Below, one piece after another: positions 13,260 through 26,300 of a DNA stretch of 64,000 nt. The stretch comes from Haliotis rufescens. Taxonomy: Eukaryota. The position numbers and the translations under genes were made by a program. The stretch covers positions 3,286,001 through 3,350,000 of the forward strand of contig NW_025964124.1 in assembly GCF_023055435.1 (NCBI RefSeq), in the 5' to 3' direction. The first letter of the stretch is position 1. Every line of letters starts with the position of its first letter. The notes below the pieces were generated by a model. It did not search any database. It was not told the origin of the DNA and saw only the letters and a program-made list of their open reading frames with translations.

Positions 13260-14105
13260 CACACTCCTCCCTTCCAGGGCTGACAGGATTCAGGGGAGGT
13301 AACTCCTATCTGACACACCCCTCCCTTCCAGGGCTGACATGATTCAGGGGAGGTAACTCCTATCTGACACACCCCTCCCTTCCAGGGCTGACAGGATTCA
13401 GGGGAGGTAACTCCTATCTGACACACCCCTCCCTTCCAGGGCTGACAGGATTCAGGGGAGGTAACTCCTATCTGACACACCCCTCCCTTCCAGGACTGAT
13501 AGGATCCAGGGGAGGTAACTCCTATCTGACACACCCCTGACCACCAGCACTGACGGGATTCAGGGGAGGTAACTCCTATCTGACACACCCCTCCCTTCCA
13601 GGGCTGACAGGATTCAGGGGAGGTAACTCCTATCTGACACACCCCTCCCTTCCAGGGCTGACAGGATCCAGGGGAGGTAACTCCTATCTGACACACCCCT
13701 CCCTTCCAGGACTGACAGGATTCAGGGGAGGTAACTCCTATCTGACACACCCCTGATCACCAGCACTGACAGGATTCAGGGGAGGTAACTCCTATCTGAC
13801 ACACCCCTCCCTTCCAGGGCTGACAGGATCCAGGGGAGGTAACTCCTATCTGACACACCCCTCCCTTCCAGGACTGACAGGATTCAGGGGAGGTAACTCC
13901 TATCTGACACACCCCTCCCTTCCAGGGCTGACAGGATCCAGGGGAGGTAACTCCTATCTGACAACCAACACTGACGGGATTCAGGGGAGGTAACTCCTAT
14001 CTGACACACCCCTCCCTTCCAGGGCTGACAGGATCCAGGAGAGGTAACTCCTATCTGACACATCCCTGATCACCAGCACTGACAGGATTCAGGGGAGGTA
14101 ACTGC
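13260..14105. repeat. 54-bp tandem array, ~15 copies, downstream of the Cut8-like stop (possible 3' UTR)
   Basis: Direct periodicity; minus-strand AATAAA lies just beyond at ~13200. Confidence 0.95.
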
Positions 14106-14476
14106 TACATTAAAACATGACGTGAAAAGTTCTTAACATCAGGTATAAATTCAATTCATGACCACTATCCATTAACAACAACATCAGTAGCCATGGCAAC
14201 CAGTCAAATTATAAAACAACCCCAGAACGTGTGGGAAAAGCAACTCCATCTGAACTGGCAGTAACCATGGTAACAACATAACTAATTAAATGTTTCTTAA
14301 TCTGTTAATTTTCCTTGAACTGTTAGGGACACTGACACATGATAGAACAGTGAAGTCTATGCTATGTGGTCAAGATGTCCCCCACATGTTAATGTGGAGC
14401 CTTGTGGAGCCTTGTGGAGCCTTGTGGAGCCCAGGTCTGTGAGAAGTTCTCGTGGACTGGGTCGTCTTCACGAGAG

Positions 14477-14543
14477 TCACGTCTGTTCCAACATCTGAGC
14501 ACACACAGCGAGGGCGGAACAGTCTCCCTGTCTCTCCTTACAC
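14477..14543 (-). CDS. Cut8/Sts1-like gene, last coding exon (W)CKERQGDCSALAVCAQMLEQT*
   Basis: ttgcag acceptor; phase 2 matches the preceding exon; TGA stop. Confidence 0.7.
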
Positions 14544-14554
14544 CTGCAACAGAG

Positions 14555-14822
14555 AGTGAGTGAGTGAGTGAGTGAGTGAGTGAGTGAGTGAGTGAGCGAG
14601 CGAGTTGGGTTTAACCCCGCTTTTAACATTATTCCAGTTATATCGCGGCGTGTGAGCTAAATGTGGGAGGAAAGCGATGCAGGACTTGGACGTTTACCAC
14701 TACAGTGAAACCAACGGGTATGGTGTTGACAAACCCATAATCATAGGTTTCTGGCGTGCCCAAGGGACGCAACTCTACACAGCGAATCGCGGTGCCTAAG
14801 ACGACTGGGCCACCCGTGCCCC
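14555..14822 (-). mobile_element. SINE family B (internally deleted)
   Basis: Matches 35635-35908; (TGAG)n tail. Confidence 0.9.
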
Positions 14823-14937
14823 TGAGAGACTGAGAGAGACAGAGAGAGAAAGAGAGGGGGAAGGAGTGTTCGAGAGGATGGGGAGGGGGGTAGCCAGCAT
14901 CCTTCATTGTTTAAACCATCAATACTAGTGACTTGAT

Positions 14938-15320
14938 CAGGGCTGGCAAAAAAAGATTGATAATCGAAATTATCGACAAAGGGAAAAAATATTAATGATT
15001 ATCTATATGAAAATTGTGTAATTTATAACATCTTACACTATTGTCATGAAATAAAGTTTAGATTTCCTAAAAAAAAATTGTTATTGTCAATCATGTCAGC
15101 TGCCGAAGATGAAAAGCAAACTGTTTTTGTTCGATCTCAAATGTTCACAAAGTTATCCCTGAATAAATGTGCCACACTCCCCAGTGGAGGGAAATATGTT
15201 GGTTTCTTTCGGAATCATTTTGGGGTACTTGCTCAAAGTTACTTCTTCGATATATACTGATAATTGATCGATATTTAGTCAACGATCAATCTCTATGATC
15301 TGCATCCATAGCCAGCCCTA
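14938..15320. mobile_element. hAT-type MITE
   Basis: Termini CAGGGCTGGC ... GCCAGCCCTA; 8-bp TSD GACTTGAT. Confidence 0.8.
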
Positions 15321-15366
15321 GACTTGATACTGAGGCTCAAAAGATTTTGTTGCCATGGTGACTCAC

Positions 15367-15593
15367 CACTTGAGGAGTTGGGTGAGATCGGACTGGGGAA
15401 GTCCGCCACTTTTGGCCACCATCTTCACCATTGTTGCCAGTGACCTTTGACATGCAAATCTGGCCTTGTTCTGGTTACCATGGCACCAGACAGGAAGCTT
15501 GTCTACCACGTCCCAGGCGGCCCTGACATAGTCCCACAGGGCCTGCCACGCCCTGCACTGCTGGAGTTGTCTCCCCTGACTGATGCAGGCTTG
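15367..15593 (-). CDS. Cut8/Sts1-like gene, exon 6 (QACISQGRQL...WDVVDKLPVWCHGNQNKARFACQRSLA...LLK)
   Basis: ttccag / gtgagt boundaries; 227 nt, phase 0 to 2; 'vvdkLPvW...NkaR' resembles the Cut8 LPxW...N motif. Confidence 0.8.
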
Positions 15594-15668
15594 CTGGAAA
15601 ACAAAACAATGGTCAGATTTGACACCAGGAAACACATTCACTTGTCAGAACTTCCGCTAGCTAGCTAG

Positions 15669-15812
15669 ACTTGGTTGATGTCATTGTATGCCTCATGTGT
15701 ACATCAATGCTCATGATGTCAATCACTGGATTGTCTGGTCCATACGCAATTATTTACAGACCGCCGTAATATAGCTGGAATATTGCCGAAAGTGGCATTT
15801 AACACCAAACAA
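15669..15812 (+). mobile_element. SINE family C, 3' portion
   Basis: Matches 53043-53270 (caatcactggattgtctggtcc...gctggaatattg). Confidence 0.8.
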
Positions 15813-15871
15813 AAACTATAATCTTTGACTATTAGCCTCAGTGTTGAGACATGGATTCCTTGCCTTTCTGC

Positions 15872-17036
15872 TGGTCTCGTCTACTCGTCACATACCAGTC
15901 TCGTCTACTCGTCACATACCAGTCTCGTCTACTCGTCACATACCAGTCTCATCTAGTCATCACATACCAGTCTCGTCTACTCGTCACTTACCAGTCTCGT
16001 CTACTCGTCACATACCAGTCTCGTCTACTCGTCACATACCAGTCTCGTCTACTCGTCACATACCAGTCTCGTCTACTCGTCACATACCAGTCTCGTCTAC
16101 TCGTCACATACCAGTCTCGTCTACTCGTCACATACCAGTCTCGTCTACTCGTCACTTACCAGTCTCGTCTACTCGTCACATACCAGTCTCGTCTACTCGT
16201 CACATACCAGTCTCGTCTACTCGTCACTTACCAGTCTCGTCTACTCGTCACATACCAGTCTCGTCTACTCGTCACATACCAGTCTCGTCTACTCGTCACA
16301 TACCAGTCTCGTCTACTCGTCACATACCAGTCTCGTCTACTCGTCACATACCAGTCTTGTCTACTAGTCTTCTTGTCACATACCAGTCTTGTGTACTCGT
16401 CACATACCAGTCTTGTCTACTCGTCACATACCAGTCTCGTCTACTCGTCACATACCAGTCTCGTCTACTCGTCACATACCAGTCTCGTCTACTCATCACA
16501 TACCAGTCTCGTCTACTCGTCACATACCAGTCTCGTCTACTCGTCACATACCAGTCTCGTCTACTCGTCACATACCAGTCTCATCTTGTCGTCACATACC
16601 AGTCTTGTGTACTCGTCACATACCAGTCTTGTCTACTTGTCACATACCAGTCTCGTCTACTCGTCACATACCAGTCTCGTCTACTCGTCACATACCAGTC
16701 TCGTCTACTCGTCACATACCAGTCTCGTCTACTCGTCACATACCAGTCTCGTCTTCTTGTCACATACCAGTCTCGTCTACTCGTCACTTACCAGTCTCGT
16801 CTACTCGTCACATACCAGTCTCGTCTACTCGTCACATACCAGTCTCGTCTACTCGTCACATACCAGTCTCGTCTTCTTGTCACATACCAGTCTCGTCTAC
16901 TCGTCACTTACCAGTCTCGTCTACTCGTCACATACCAGTCTCGTCTACTCGTCACTTACCAGTCTCGTCTTCTTGTCACATACCAGTCTCGTCTACTCGT
17001 CACTTACCAGTCTCGTCTACTCGTCTACTCGTCACA
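15872..17036. repeat. 24-bp tandem array (CCAGTCTCGTCTACTCGTCACATA), ~48 copies, intronic
   Basis: Direct periodicity. Confidence 0.95.
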
Positions 17037-17067
17037 AACCTAACATTGACCTAAACTGGTCATGTAC

Positions 17068-17223
17068 CTTGAAGTTGTCGATGTGGGTGCGCGCTCTGTG
17101 GTAGCATCCGGCATCCTTCATTAGCCTCGATGTCGGCAGTGACCGCAGAATATTCCGGCAGAAGAACTCCAGATTCCGCACCAGTGGAGACACATCAGGG
17201 GTGGGTAATGTGGACCTCACTTC
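17068..17223 (-). CDS. Cut8/Sts1-like gene, exon 5 (EVRSTLPTPDVSPLVRNLEFFCRNILRSLPTSRLMKDAGCYHRARTHIDNFK)
   Basis: ttgacag / gtacat boundaries; 156 nt, phase 0-0. Confidence 0.8.
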
Positions 17224-17847
17224 CTGTCAACAAAGGTAGGGGAGACAACTCAGGGGTGGGTAATGTGGACCTCACTTCCTGTCAACAAAGGTAGGGGAGA
17301 CAACTCAGGGGTGGGTAAGGTAGACCTCACTTCCTGTCAACAAAGGTAGGGGAGACAACTCAGGGGTGGGTAAGGTAGACCTCACTTCCTGTCAACAAAG
17401 GTAGGGGAGACAACTCAAGGGTGGGTAATGTGGACCTCACTTCCTGTCAACAAAGGTAGGGGAGACAACTCAGGGGTGGGTAATGTGGACCTCACTTCCT
17501 GTCAACAAAGGTAGGGGAGACTACTCAGGGGTGGGTAATGTGGACCTCACTTCCTGTCAACAAAGGTAGGGGAGACAACTCAGGGGTGGGTAAGGTAGAC
17601 CTCACTTCCTGTCAACAAAGGTAGGGGAGACAACTCAGGGGTGGGTAATGTGGACCTCACTTCCTGTCAACAAAGGTAGGGGAGACAACTCAGGGGTGGG
17701 TAATGTGGACCTCACTTCCTGTCAACAAAGGTAGGGGAGACAACTCAGGGGTGGGTAATGTAGACCTCACTTCCTGTCAACAAAGGTAGGGGAGACAACT
17801 CAGGGGTGGGTAATGTAGACCTCACTTCCTGTCAACAAAGGTAGGGG
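17196..17847. repeat. 55-bp tandem array, 12 copies, each containing the exon 5 splice acceptor plus ~28 nt of exon
   Basis: Unit (minus strand) ...cctttgttgacag|GAAGTGAGGTCCACATTACCCACCCCTGA... Confidence 0.95.
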
Positions 17848-17904
17848 TGAGGTGAGGTGAAATGGGGTTTAACCACGGAGGCGGTCTAGTGCACAACAAA
17901 GAAT

Positions 17905-18590
17905 ATCTTTGCCAATTGCACAACAAAGGTGGATAACTGCCCAAGTGCTCAATAAAGGGGGGTAACTCTGCCAAGTGCTCAATAAAGGTGGATAACTGCC
18001 CAAGTGCTCAATAAAGGGGGGTAACTCTGCCAAGTGCTCAACAAAGATGGATAACTGCCCAAGTGCTCAATAAAGGGGGGTAACTCTGCCAATTGCACAA
18101 CAAAGATGGATAACTGCCCACGTGCTCAATAAAGGGGTGGTACTCTGCCAAGTGCTCAACAAAGGGGGGTAACTCTGCCCAAGTGCATGTCAAAGAACTC
18201 TGCCAATAGCACAACAAAGGTGGATAACTCTGCCAATAGCACAACAAAGGTGGATAACTCTGCCAATAGCACAACAAAGGTGGATAACTCTGCCAATAGC
18301 ACAACAAAGGTGGATAACTCTGCCAATAGCACAACAAAGGGGGATAACTCTGCCAATAGCACAACAAAGGGGGATAACTCTGCCAATAGCACAACAAAGG
18401 GGGATAACTCTGCCAATAGCACAACAAAGGGGGATAACTCTGCCAATAGCACAACAAAGGTGGATAACTCTGCCAATAGCACAACAAAGGTGGATAACTC
18501 TGCCAATAGCACAACAAAGGTGGATAACTCTGCCAATAGCACAACAAAGGGGGATAACTCTGCCAATAGCACAACAAAGGGGGATAACTC
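17905..18590. repeat. 30-bp tandem array (AACTCTGCCAATAGCACAACAAAGGKGGAT) with a degenerate left half
   Basis: Direct periodicity; begins ~10 nt into the intron after the exon 4 donor. Confidence 0.95.
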
Positions 18591-18600
18591 AGTGACTGAC

Positions 18601-18750
18601 CTTCTGCAGGGAATATCTGTTTGCGATGTCCGAGATGACTTGGATCAGCTGTTGGTTACTCAAGGCAGACAACTCTTGTCTGAGGCTGTCCGACATCTCG
18701 CGCTGCGCACTCTCCCGTTTCCTCGTCTTCTTGTAGGGCGGGGCTAGAGT
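18601..18750 (-). CDS. Cut8/Sts1-like gene, exon 4 (TLAPPYKKTRKRESAQREMSDSLRQELSALSNQQLIQVISDIANRYSLQK)
   Basis: ttggcag / gtcagt boundaries; 150 nt, phase 0-0; basic NLS-like KKTRKR followed by an LxxLSxxQL helix as in Cut8/Sts1. Confidence 0.8.
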
Positions 18751-18847
18751 CTGCCAACAACAGCAGTCATGAACTGATTGATACACCAGGGGAAGGAGTT
18801 CAGTGTTTAAGCTGCTTTGTAGAATGCGCGCCTGTATGGGCCATTCT

Positions 18848-19341
18848 GTTAACTGACTATAAAAGTCCAGTTTCCACCCTTGCCGAACTAGGCTGGTATT
18901 ATGGAGTTACATTTTGGCTGGGCTAATGAGTCTATGCATGGTCCAATCAAAATCGCGCACCGAAATCGGAATCCGGTTTGTAAAATGTGCAGATTTCTGT
19001 CGTTTGAAGGTTATGCAAAGCATGTGCACCGCCAACTTGCTGTCAACAGATATTTTCCAAGTCTTTTCATGTTTTTAATCAAGGTGCTCACATGATTTGA
19101 ATCACTTCGCTATGTAAGACCCGTTTTATCATAATATAGATCTTGATTATCAATCAGATTGTTTTGACTTGGCGCCACCATTTTGTTTGAAACAAATGCA
19201 AGTGATACGAGAGGTGGAATCTGATTGGTCCATAGGAGAGGCTTAGAAGGAACATAACTCATAATGGTGGCACTACGGTCAAGCCCAGGAATTCCGGACT
19301 AGTTCGGCAAGGGTGGAAACTGGACTTTAAAGTCAGTTAAC
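18848..19341. mobile_element. Long-TIR MITE, same family as 45279-45817; left tip missing
   Basis: ~50-bp inverted ends; collinear similarity to 45279-45817. Confidence 0.85.
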
Positions 19342-19454
19342 TCCCTTGCCTCGGGAAGATGGCATGGGTTGATTGAACAACAAATGTGTGTAGCCACCAT
19401 GCTTGCTACTTCACCAAACTAACTGAGTGACCCCGGGGGCAGCGAAACTTTTAG

Positions 19455-19953
19455 CAGAGCTCCAGATAAGCTTTTGGTGTCGTGGGTATTTTACCCATGT
19501 ATTTTAAAATCATTGGATATCAGAAATTCTATCTGGGTATTCAAATTTCTGTTACCCACTAGTTTTTACACGTTGGTATTTAAGTTAAATATTTAAAAAC
19601 ACTATTCATCTAGTCCCTGCAAACTGGTGTCGTGTGGGTTCGAGAGCTTTATAGGACTCAAAAATACCACGATACTTCCACAAGAAAGTGTGATGGCAAA
19701 TGATCATGATGTAACTGTCATCGTGGAGTTAAGCAAGGTTGACGGAATGCCCGTTTATAATTTCAAAATAAGTTGCTGATTTGCTAATCGAATACGCAGG
19801 GTTACTTCACAATATGATGATACGCAGAAGTTTTATTTTTGTAGCGTATCTGTAATGTTGGTTGAGTATTAGATACGCTTGGATTTTATTTTACTGCATA
19901 TTTCTGCATTTCTGATGCGTATTTCACAGATACACAGGTTATCTGGCGCTCTG
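19455..19953. mobile_element. Probable MITE with short TIRs
   Basis: CAGAGCTCCAGATAA ... TTATCTGGCGCTCTG flanked by TTTTAG on both sides. Confidence 0.55.
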
Positions 19954-20315
19954 TTTTAGAACTCCTCGTCCCTAGAATGTCTTCGCCTGCACTCTGGATA
20001 TTAAATCTTGGCTTTCTTTGCCTTTTCCGTGGCTATTTTATGAGCAAATAAAGATCTTGTTGTACAGAACAACACAAAATAGCCATCACTGCAGTTCTGT
20101 CATACCATCAAGATGATCTTTGAGGTACACGACCTCATTCCCCCAAAATATATTCACATCAAAATTACATGATTCACGAGCATTGTACAATTAAATCAAT
20201 TAACAAACACAGAGAAGGGTGAAAGTTTGACGAGCAACACGGACCATCTGCATAATGTTTCAGCAAGCCTTTTGTAATTTTAACTGGACACGGATCATGG
20301 GCAAGCAGTTAGCAA

Positions 20316-20712
20316 GCAGGGGAGACAACTCTACACCTACCTTTGTGAGCGCTGCCGTGTCGGACAGGGGACACAGGGGAGACAACTCTACACCTACCTT
20401 TGTGAGCGCTGCGGTGTCGGACGGGGGACACAGGGGAGACAACTCTACACCTACCTTTGTGAGCACTGCGGTGTCGACCGGGGGACACAGGGGAGACAAC
20501 TCTACACCTACCTTTGTGAGCGCTGCGGTGTCGGACGGGGGACACAGGGGAGACAACTCTACACCTACCTTTGTGAGCGCTGCGGTGTCGGACGGGGGAC
20601 ACAGGGGAGACAACTCTACACCTACCTTTGTGAGCGCTGCGGTGTCGGACGGGGGACACAGGGGAGACAACTCTACACCTACCTTTGTGAGCGCAGTGGT
20701 GTCGGAGGGGGG
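20316..20712. repeat. 57-bp tandem array, 7 copies, each containing the exon 3 splice donor plus exon end
   Basis: Minus-strand CACAAAG|GTAGGT at 20683, 20626, 20569, 20512, 20455, 20398 and 20341. Confidence 0.95.
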
Positions 20713-20838
20713 ACTCATCAACAGCCTCTTCCTGATACCCGCGACCCCGGCGTGTCTGAGGGGCGTGTCTCCTGCCTCGGGCGTGGTCATGAGGCGGTCC
20801 CTGGGCGGTGAGTCTGTGTGGGGACAGGATTCAGTGAT
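20683..20838 (-). CDS. Cut8/Sts1-like gene, exon 3, 3' part (ITESCPHTDSPPRDRLMTTP...GIRKRLLMSPPSDTTALTK); 5' end hidden in N gap
   Basis: Open frame, GC-rich, AAG|GTAGGT donor in phase 0 with the next exon. Confidence 0.7.
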
Positions 20839-21030
20839 NNNNNNNNNNNNNNNNNNNNNNNNNNNNNNNNNNNNNNNNNNNNNNNNNNNNNNNNNNNNNN
20901 NNNNNNNNNNNNNNNNNNNNNNNNNNNNNNNNNNNNNNNNNNNNNNNNNNNNNNNNNNNNNNNNNNNNNNNNNNNNNNNNNNNNNNNNNNNNNNNNNNNN
21001 NNNNNNNNNNNNNNNNNNNNNNNNNNNNNN
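20839..21030. other. Assembly gap/masked run (192 N)
   Basis: N run. Confidence 1.
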
Positions 21031-21159
21031 TGGGTTTGCGTGGGTGGGTGCTTGGGTTTGCATGATTGGGTGGGTGGGTGGGAGGCTGAGTGAGTGAGTG
21101 TATGGGTGGGTGATTGGGTGATTGGGTGGGTGGTCGGGCGAGTTTGGGTTGGTGGGTGG

Positions 21160-21282
21160 TTATAGTTCTACGCCGGTTTTAGCAATATTCCAGCAATATC
21201 ACGGCGGGGGACACCAGAAATGGGCTTCAAACGTTGTACCCATTTGGGGAACGCTATAACCACAAGGCTACCCGACCGCCCC
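21160..21282 (-). mobile_element. SINE family A, internally deleted
   Basis: Matches the reverse complement of the 51351 copy. Confidence 0.8.
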
Positions 21283-21389
21283 TGTCAGGCCAGGTCATGA
21301 TAGCCCCAGAGTGTTTCCATGTTAGGATTGGTCCCCAGCAACCTCTGCTGGCGTAAGAGGCGACCAATGGACCGGGTGGTCAGACTTGG

Positions 21390-22475
21390 TGCATTGTGCC
21401 CCATCTTCTCTACGACATGGATCGTTGCTCACAATACTGATCACTGGACTGTCTTAATTAGTGTATTGCATTGTGCCCCATCTTACACTGACGACATGGA
21501 CCGTTGCTCACAATACTGATCACTGGACTGTCTTAATCAGTGTATTGCATTGTGCCCCATCTTACACTGACGACATGGATCGTTGCTCACAATACTGATC
21601 ACTGGACTGTCTTAATGAGTGTATTGCATTGTACCCCATCTTCTCTGACGACATGGATCGTTGCTCACAATACTGATCACTGGACTGTCTTAATCAGTGT
21701 ATTGCATTGTGCCCCATCTTACACTGACGACATGGAGCGTTGCTCACAATACTGATCACTGGACTGTCTTAATGAGTGTATTGCATTGTGCCCCATCTTA
21801 CACTGACGACATGGATCGTTGCTCACAATACTGATCACTGGACTGTCTTAATGAGTGTATTGCATTGTGTCCCATCTTACACTGACGACATGGATCGTTG
21901 CTCACAATACTGATCACTGGACTGTCTTAATGAGTGTATTGCATTGTGCCCCATCTTACACTGACGACATGGATCGTTGCTCACAATACTGATCACTGGA
22001 CTGTCTTAATGAGTGTATTGCATTGTGCCCCATCTTACACTGACGACATGGATCGTTGCTCACAATACTGATCACTGGACTGTCTTAATGAGTGTATTGC
22101 ATTGTGCCCCATCTTACACTGACGACATGGATCGTTGCTCACAATACTGATCACTGGACTGTCTTAATGAGTGTATTGCATTGTGCCCCATCTTACACTG
22201 ACGACATGGATCGTTGCTCACAATACTGATCACTGGACTGTCTTAATGAGTGTATTGCATTGTGCCCCATCTTACACTGACGACATGGATCGTTGCTCAC
22301 AATACTGATCACTGGACTGTCTTAATGAGTGTATTGCATTGTGCCCCATCTTACACTGACGACATGGATCGTTGCTCACAATACTGATCACTGGACTGTC
22401 TTAATGAGTGTATTGCATTGTGCCCCATCTTACACTGACGACATGGATCGTTGCTCACAATACTGATCACTGGAT
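21390..22475. repeat. 79-bp tandem array, ~14 copies, grown inside a degenerate SINE C
   Basis: Direct periodicity; left flank (gtaagaggcgac..gggtggtcagacttggt) and unit (ggatcgttgctca..atcactgga) align to SINE C. Confidence 0.9.
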
Positions 22476-23385
22476 TGTTTCCCCTACTGGTGATTCAGTT
22501 GAAAAGTACCCAATGATACAAAGAATTTTGATGCAATCGTCAGAAGAAATTGTATCTGAAATTATTATTTTATCAGGAAAAATATATTCCAATATCGTGT
22601 TATCTTAGTTGCAGCTTCCACTACATATATATATATTTTTAAATGATAAGAATCATAAGCTTGGCACTTTGGTACAGATGGTATGCAGGATATTTTTTGG
22701 CGTATGGAACAACTTGACCAGTCACCATAGGGATTTCCCACGCTACATGTATTTCGCGAAAAAGTTATGTTGACATTTAACAGTCAAACTGCCTCAAATA
22801 TGACTTTTAGCAAGTCCTGGTATGGCATTTATGAAACGTGTATCCTTTCTATTGCAACACAAGTTTGTTTCAAGGCGTCAATACCTGGCTGTGGTTGCCG
22901 TTAATAACGGTGAGTTGTGTGAGCTACCGATCACTTCGCAAACATTATTATTATTACTGAATGAAATTCTGAATATAATTAATAAAATATATTGCAAACA
23001 TTAGTCCAGATAAACAAGGAACAGTTTGTTTATAACCAGATATGATAATAATAGGATTAAATTGCATACTTCTGTTCGGATTTGTTGAGGGGTATTTCCA
23101 GTGTTACGTGACTGAGATGAAACTAGAGCTTATGCTTTACCGCGCTATAACGGAGTCAGCGCTATATTGAAGCACGCTATAGCGAGGAACCACTGTACCA
23201 TCTTATAACGTCTTTGATGTGACGGGACCGGGCCTTCAACACTCCCCGATTGTTTACAGGCCATTGTCATACAGCGTGACTATTGCTGTGTGCCGCATTC
23301 AACACTCTACCACTGGACCACGGGGCAGTCCCCGATTGTTTACAGGCCATCGTCATACAGCCTGACTATTGCTGTGTGCCGCATT

Positions 23386-26300
23386 CTACAACAACACACA
23401 CACCATGAGATGAAGGAGGACGTCGCGACCAGGTCTACAACAACACACACACCATGAGATGTACGAGGACGTCGCGACCAGGTCTACAACAACACACACA
23501 CCATGAGATGAAGGAGGACGTCGCGACCAGGTCTACAACAACACACACACACCATGAGATGTACGAGGACGTCGCGACCAGGTCTACAACAACACACACA
23601 CCATGAGATGCACGAGGACGTCGCGACCAGGTCTACAACAACAGGCTCACCATGAGATGAAGGAGGACGTCGCGACCAGGTCTACAACAACACACACACC
23701 ATGAGATGTACGAGGACGTCTCGATCAGGTCTACAACAACACACACACCATGAGATGTACGAGGACGTCGCGATCAGGTCTACAACAACACACACACCAT
23801 GAGATGTACGAGGACGTCGCGATCAGGTCTACAACAACACACACACCATGAGATGGAGGAGGACGTCGCGACCAGGTCTACAACAACACACACACCATGA
23901 GATGAAGGAGGACGTTGCGACCAGGTCTACAACAACACACACACCATGAGATGAAGGAGGACGTCGCAACCAGGTCTACAACAACACACACACCATGAGA
24001 TGAAGGAGGACGTCGCGACCAGGTCTACAACAACACACACACCATGAGATGAAGGAGGACGTCGCGACCAGGTCTACAACAACACACACACCATGAGATG
24101 TACGAGGACGTCGCGACCAGGTCTACAACACAACACACACCATGAGATGTACGAGGACGTCGCGACCAGTTCTACAACAACACACACACCATGAGATGAA
24201 GGAGGACGTCGCAACAAGGTCTACAACAACACACACACCACAAGATGGAGGAGGACGTCGCGACCAGGTCTACAACAACACACACACCATGAGATGTACG
24301 AGGACGTCGCGACCAGGTCTACAACAACACACACACCATGAGATGAAGGAGGACGTCGCGACCAGGTCTACAACAACACACACACCATGAGATGGAGGAG
24401 GACGTCGCGACCAGGTCTACAACAACACACACACCATGAGATGTACGAGGACGTCGCGACCAGGTCTACAACAACAAACACACCATGAGATGTACGAGGA
24501 CGTCGCGACCAGGTCTACAACAACACACACACCATGAGACGAAGGAGGACGTCGCGACCAGGTCTACAACAACACACACACCATGAGACGTATGAGGACG
24601 TCGCGACCAGGTCTACAACAACACACACACCATGAGATGTACGAGGACGTCGCGACCAGGTCTACAACAACAGGCTCACCATGAGATGAAGGAGGACGTC
24701 GCAACCAGGTCTACAACAACACACACACCATGAGATGAAGGAGGACGTCGCAACCAGGTCTACAACAACACACACACCATGAGATGAAGGAGGACGTCGC
24801 GACCAGGTCTACAACAACACACACACCATGAGACGTATGAGGACGTCGCGACCAGGTCTACAACAACACACACACCATGAGATGTCCGAAGACGTCGCGA
24901 CCAGGTCTACAACAACACACACACCATGAGATGAAGGAGGACGTCGCAACCAGGTCTACAACAACACACACACCACAAGATGGAGGAGGACGTCGCGACC
25001 AGGTCTACAACAACACACACACCATGAGATGTACGAGGACGTCCCGACCAGGTCTACAACAACACACACACCATGAGATGTACGAGGACGTCGCGACCAG
25101 GTCTACAACAACAAACACACCATGAGATGTACGTGGACGTCGCGACCAGGTCTACAACAACACACACACCATGAGATGGAGGAGGACGTCGCGACCAGGT
25201 CTACAACAACACACACACCATGAGATGTACAAGGACGTCGCGACCAGGTCTACAACAACACACACACCATGAGATGTACGAGGACGTCGCGACCAGGTCT
25301 ACAACAACACACACACCATAAGATGGAGGAGGACGTCGCGACCAGGTCTACAACAACACACACACCATAAGATGGAGGAGGACGTCGCGACCAGGTCTAC
25401 AACAACACACACACCATGAGATGGAGGAGGACGTCGCGACCAGGTCTACAACAACACACACACCATGAGATGTACGAGGACGTCGCGACCAGGTCTACAA
25501 CACAACACACACCATGAGATGTACGAGGACGTCGCAACCAGGTCTACAACAACACACACACCATGAGATGAAGGAGGACGTCGCGACCAGGTCTACAACA
25601 ACACACACACCATGAGATGAAGGAGGACGTCGCGGCCAGGTCTACAACAACACACACACCATGAGATGAAGGAGGACGTCGCGACCAGGTCTACAACAAC
25701 AAACACACCATGAGATGAAGGAGGACGTCGCGACCAGGTCTACAACAACACACACACCATGAGATGAAGGAGGACGTCGCGACCAGGTCTACAACAACAC
25801 ACACACCATGAGATGCATGAGGACGTCTCGACCAGGTCTACAACAACACACACACCATGAGATGAAGGAGGACGTCGCGACCAGGTCTACAACAACACAC
25901 ACACCATGAGATGTACGAGGACGTCGCGACCAGGTCTACAACAACACACACACCATGAGATGTACGAGGACGTCGCGACCAGGTCTACAACAACACACAC
26001 ACCATGAGATGAAGGAGGACGTCGCGACCAGGTCTACAACAACACACACACCATGAGATGTACGAGGACGTCTCGATCAGGTCTACAACAACACACACAC
26101 CATGAGATGTACGAGGACGTCGCGATCAGGTCTACAACAACACACACACCATGAGATGTACGAGGACGTCGCGATCAGGTCTACAACAACACACACACCA
26201 TGAGATGTACGAGGACGTCGCGACCAGGACTACAACAACACACACACCATGAGATGGAGGAGGACGTCGCGACCAGGTCTACAACAACACACACACTATG

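Noticed and set aside
15841-18747. Plus-strand repeat ORFs (400, 417 and 186 aa)
   Set aside because: Antisense translations of intronic minisatellites of the minus-strand gene
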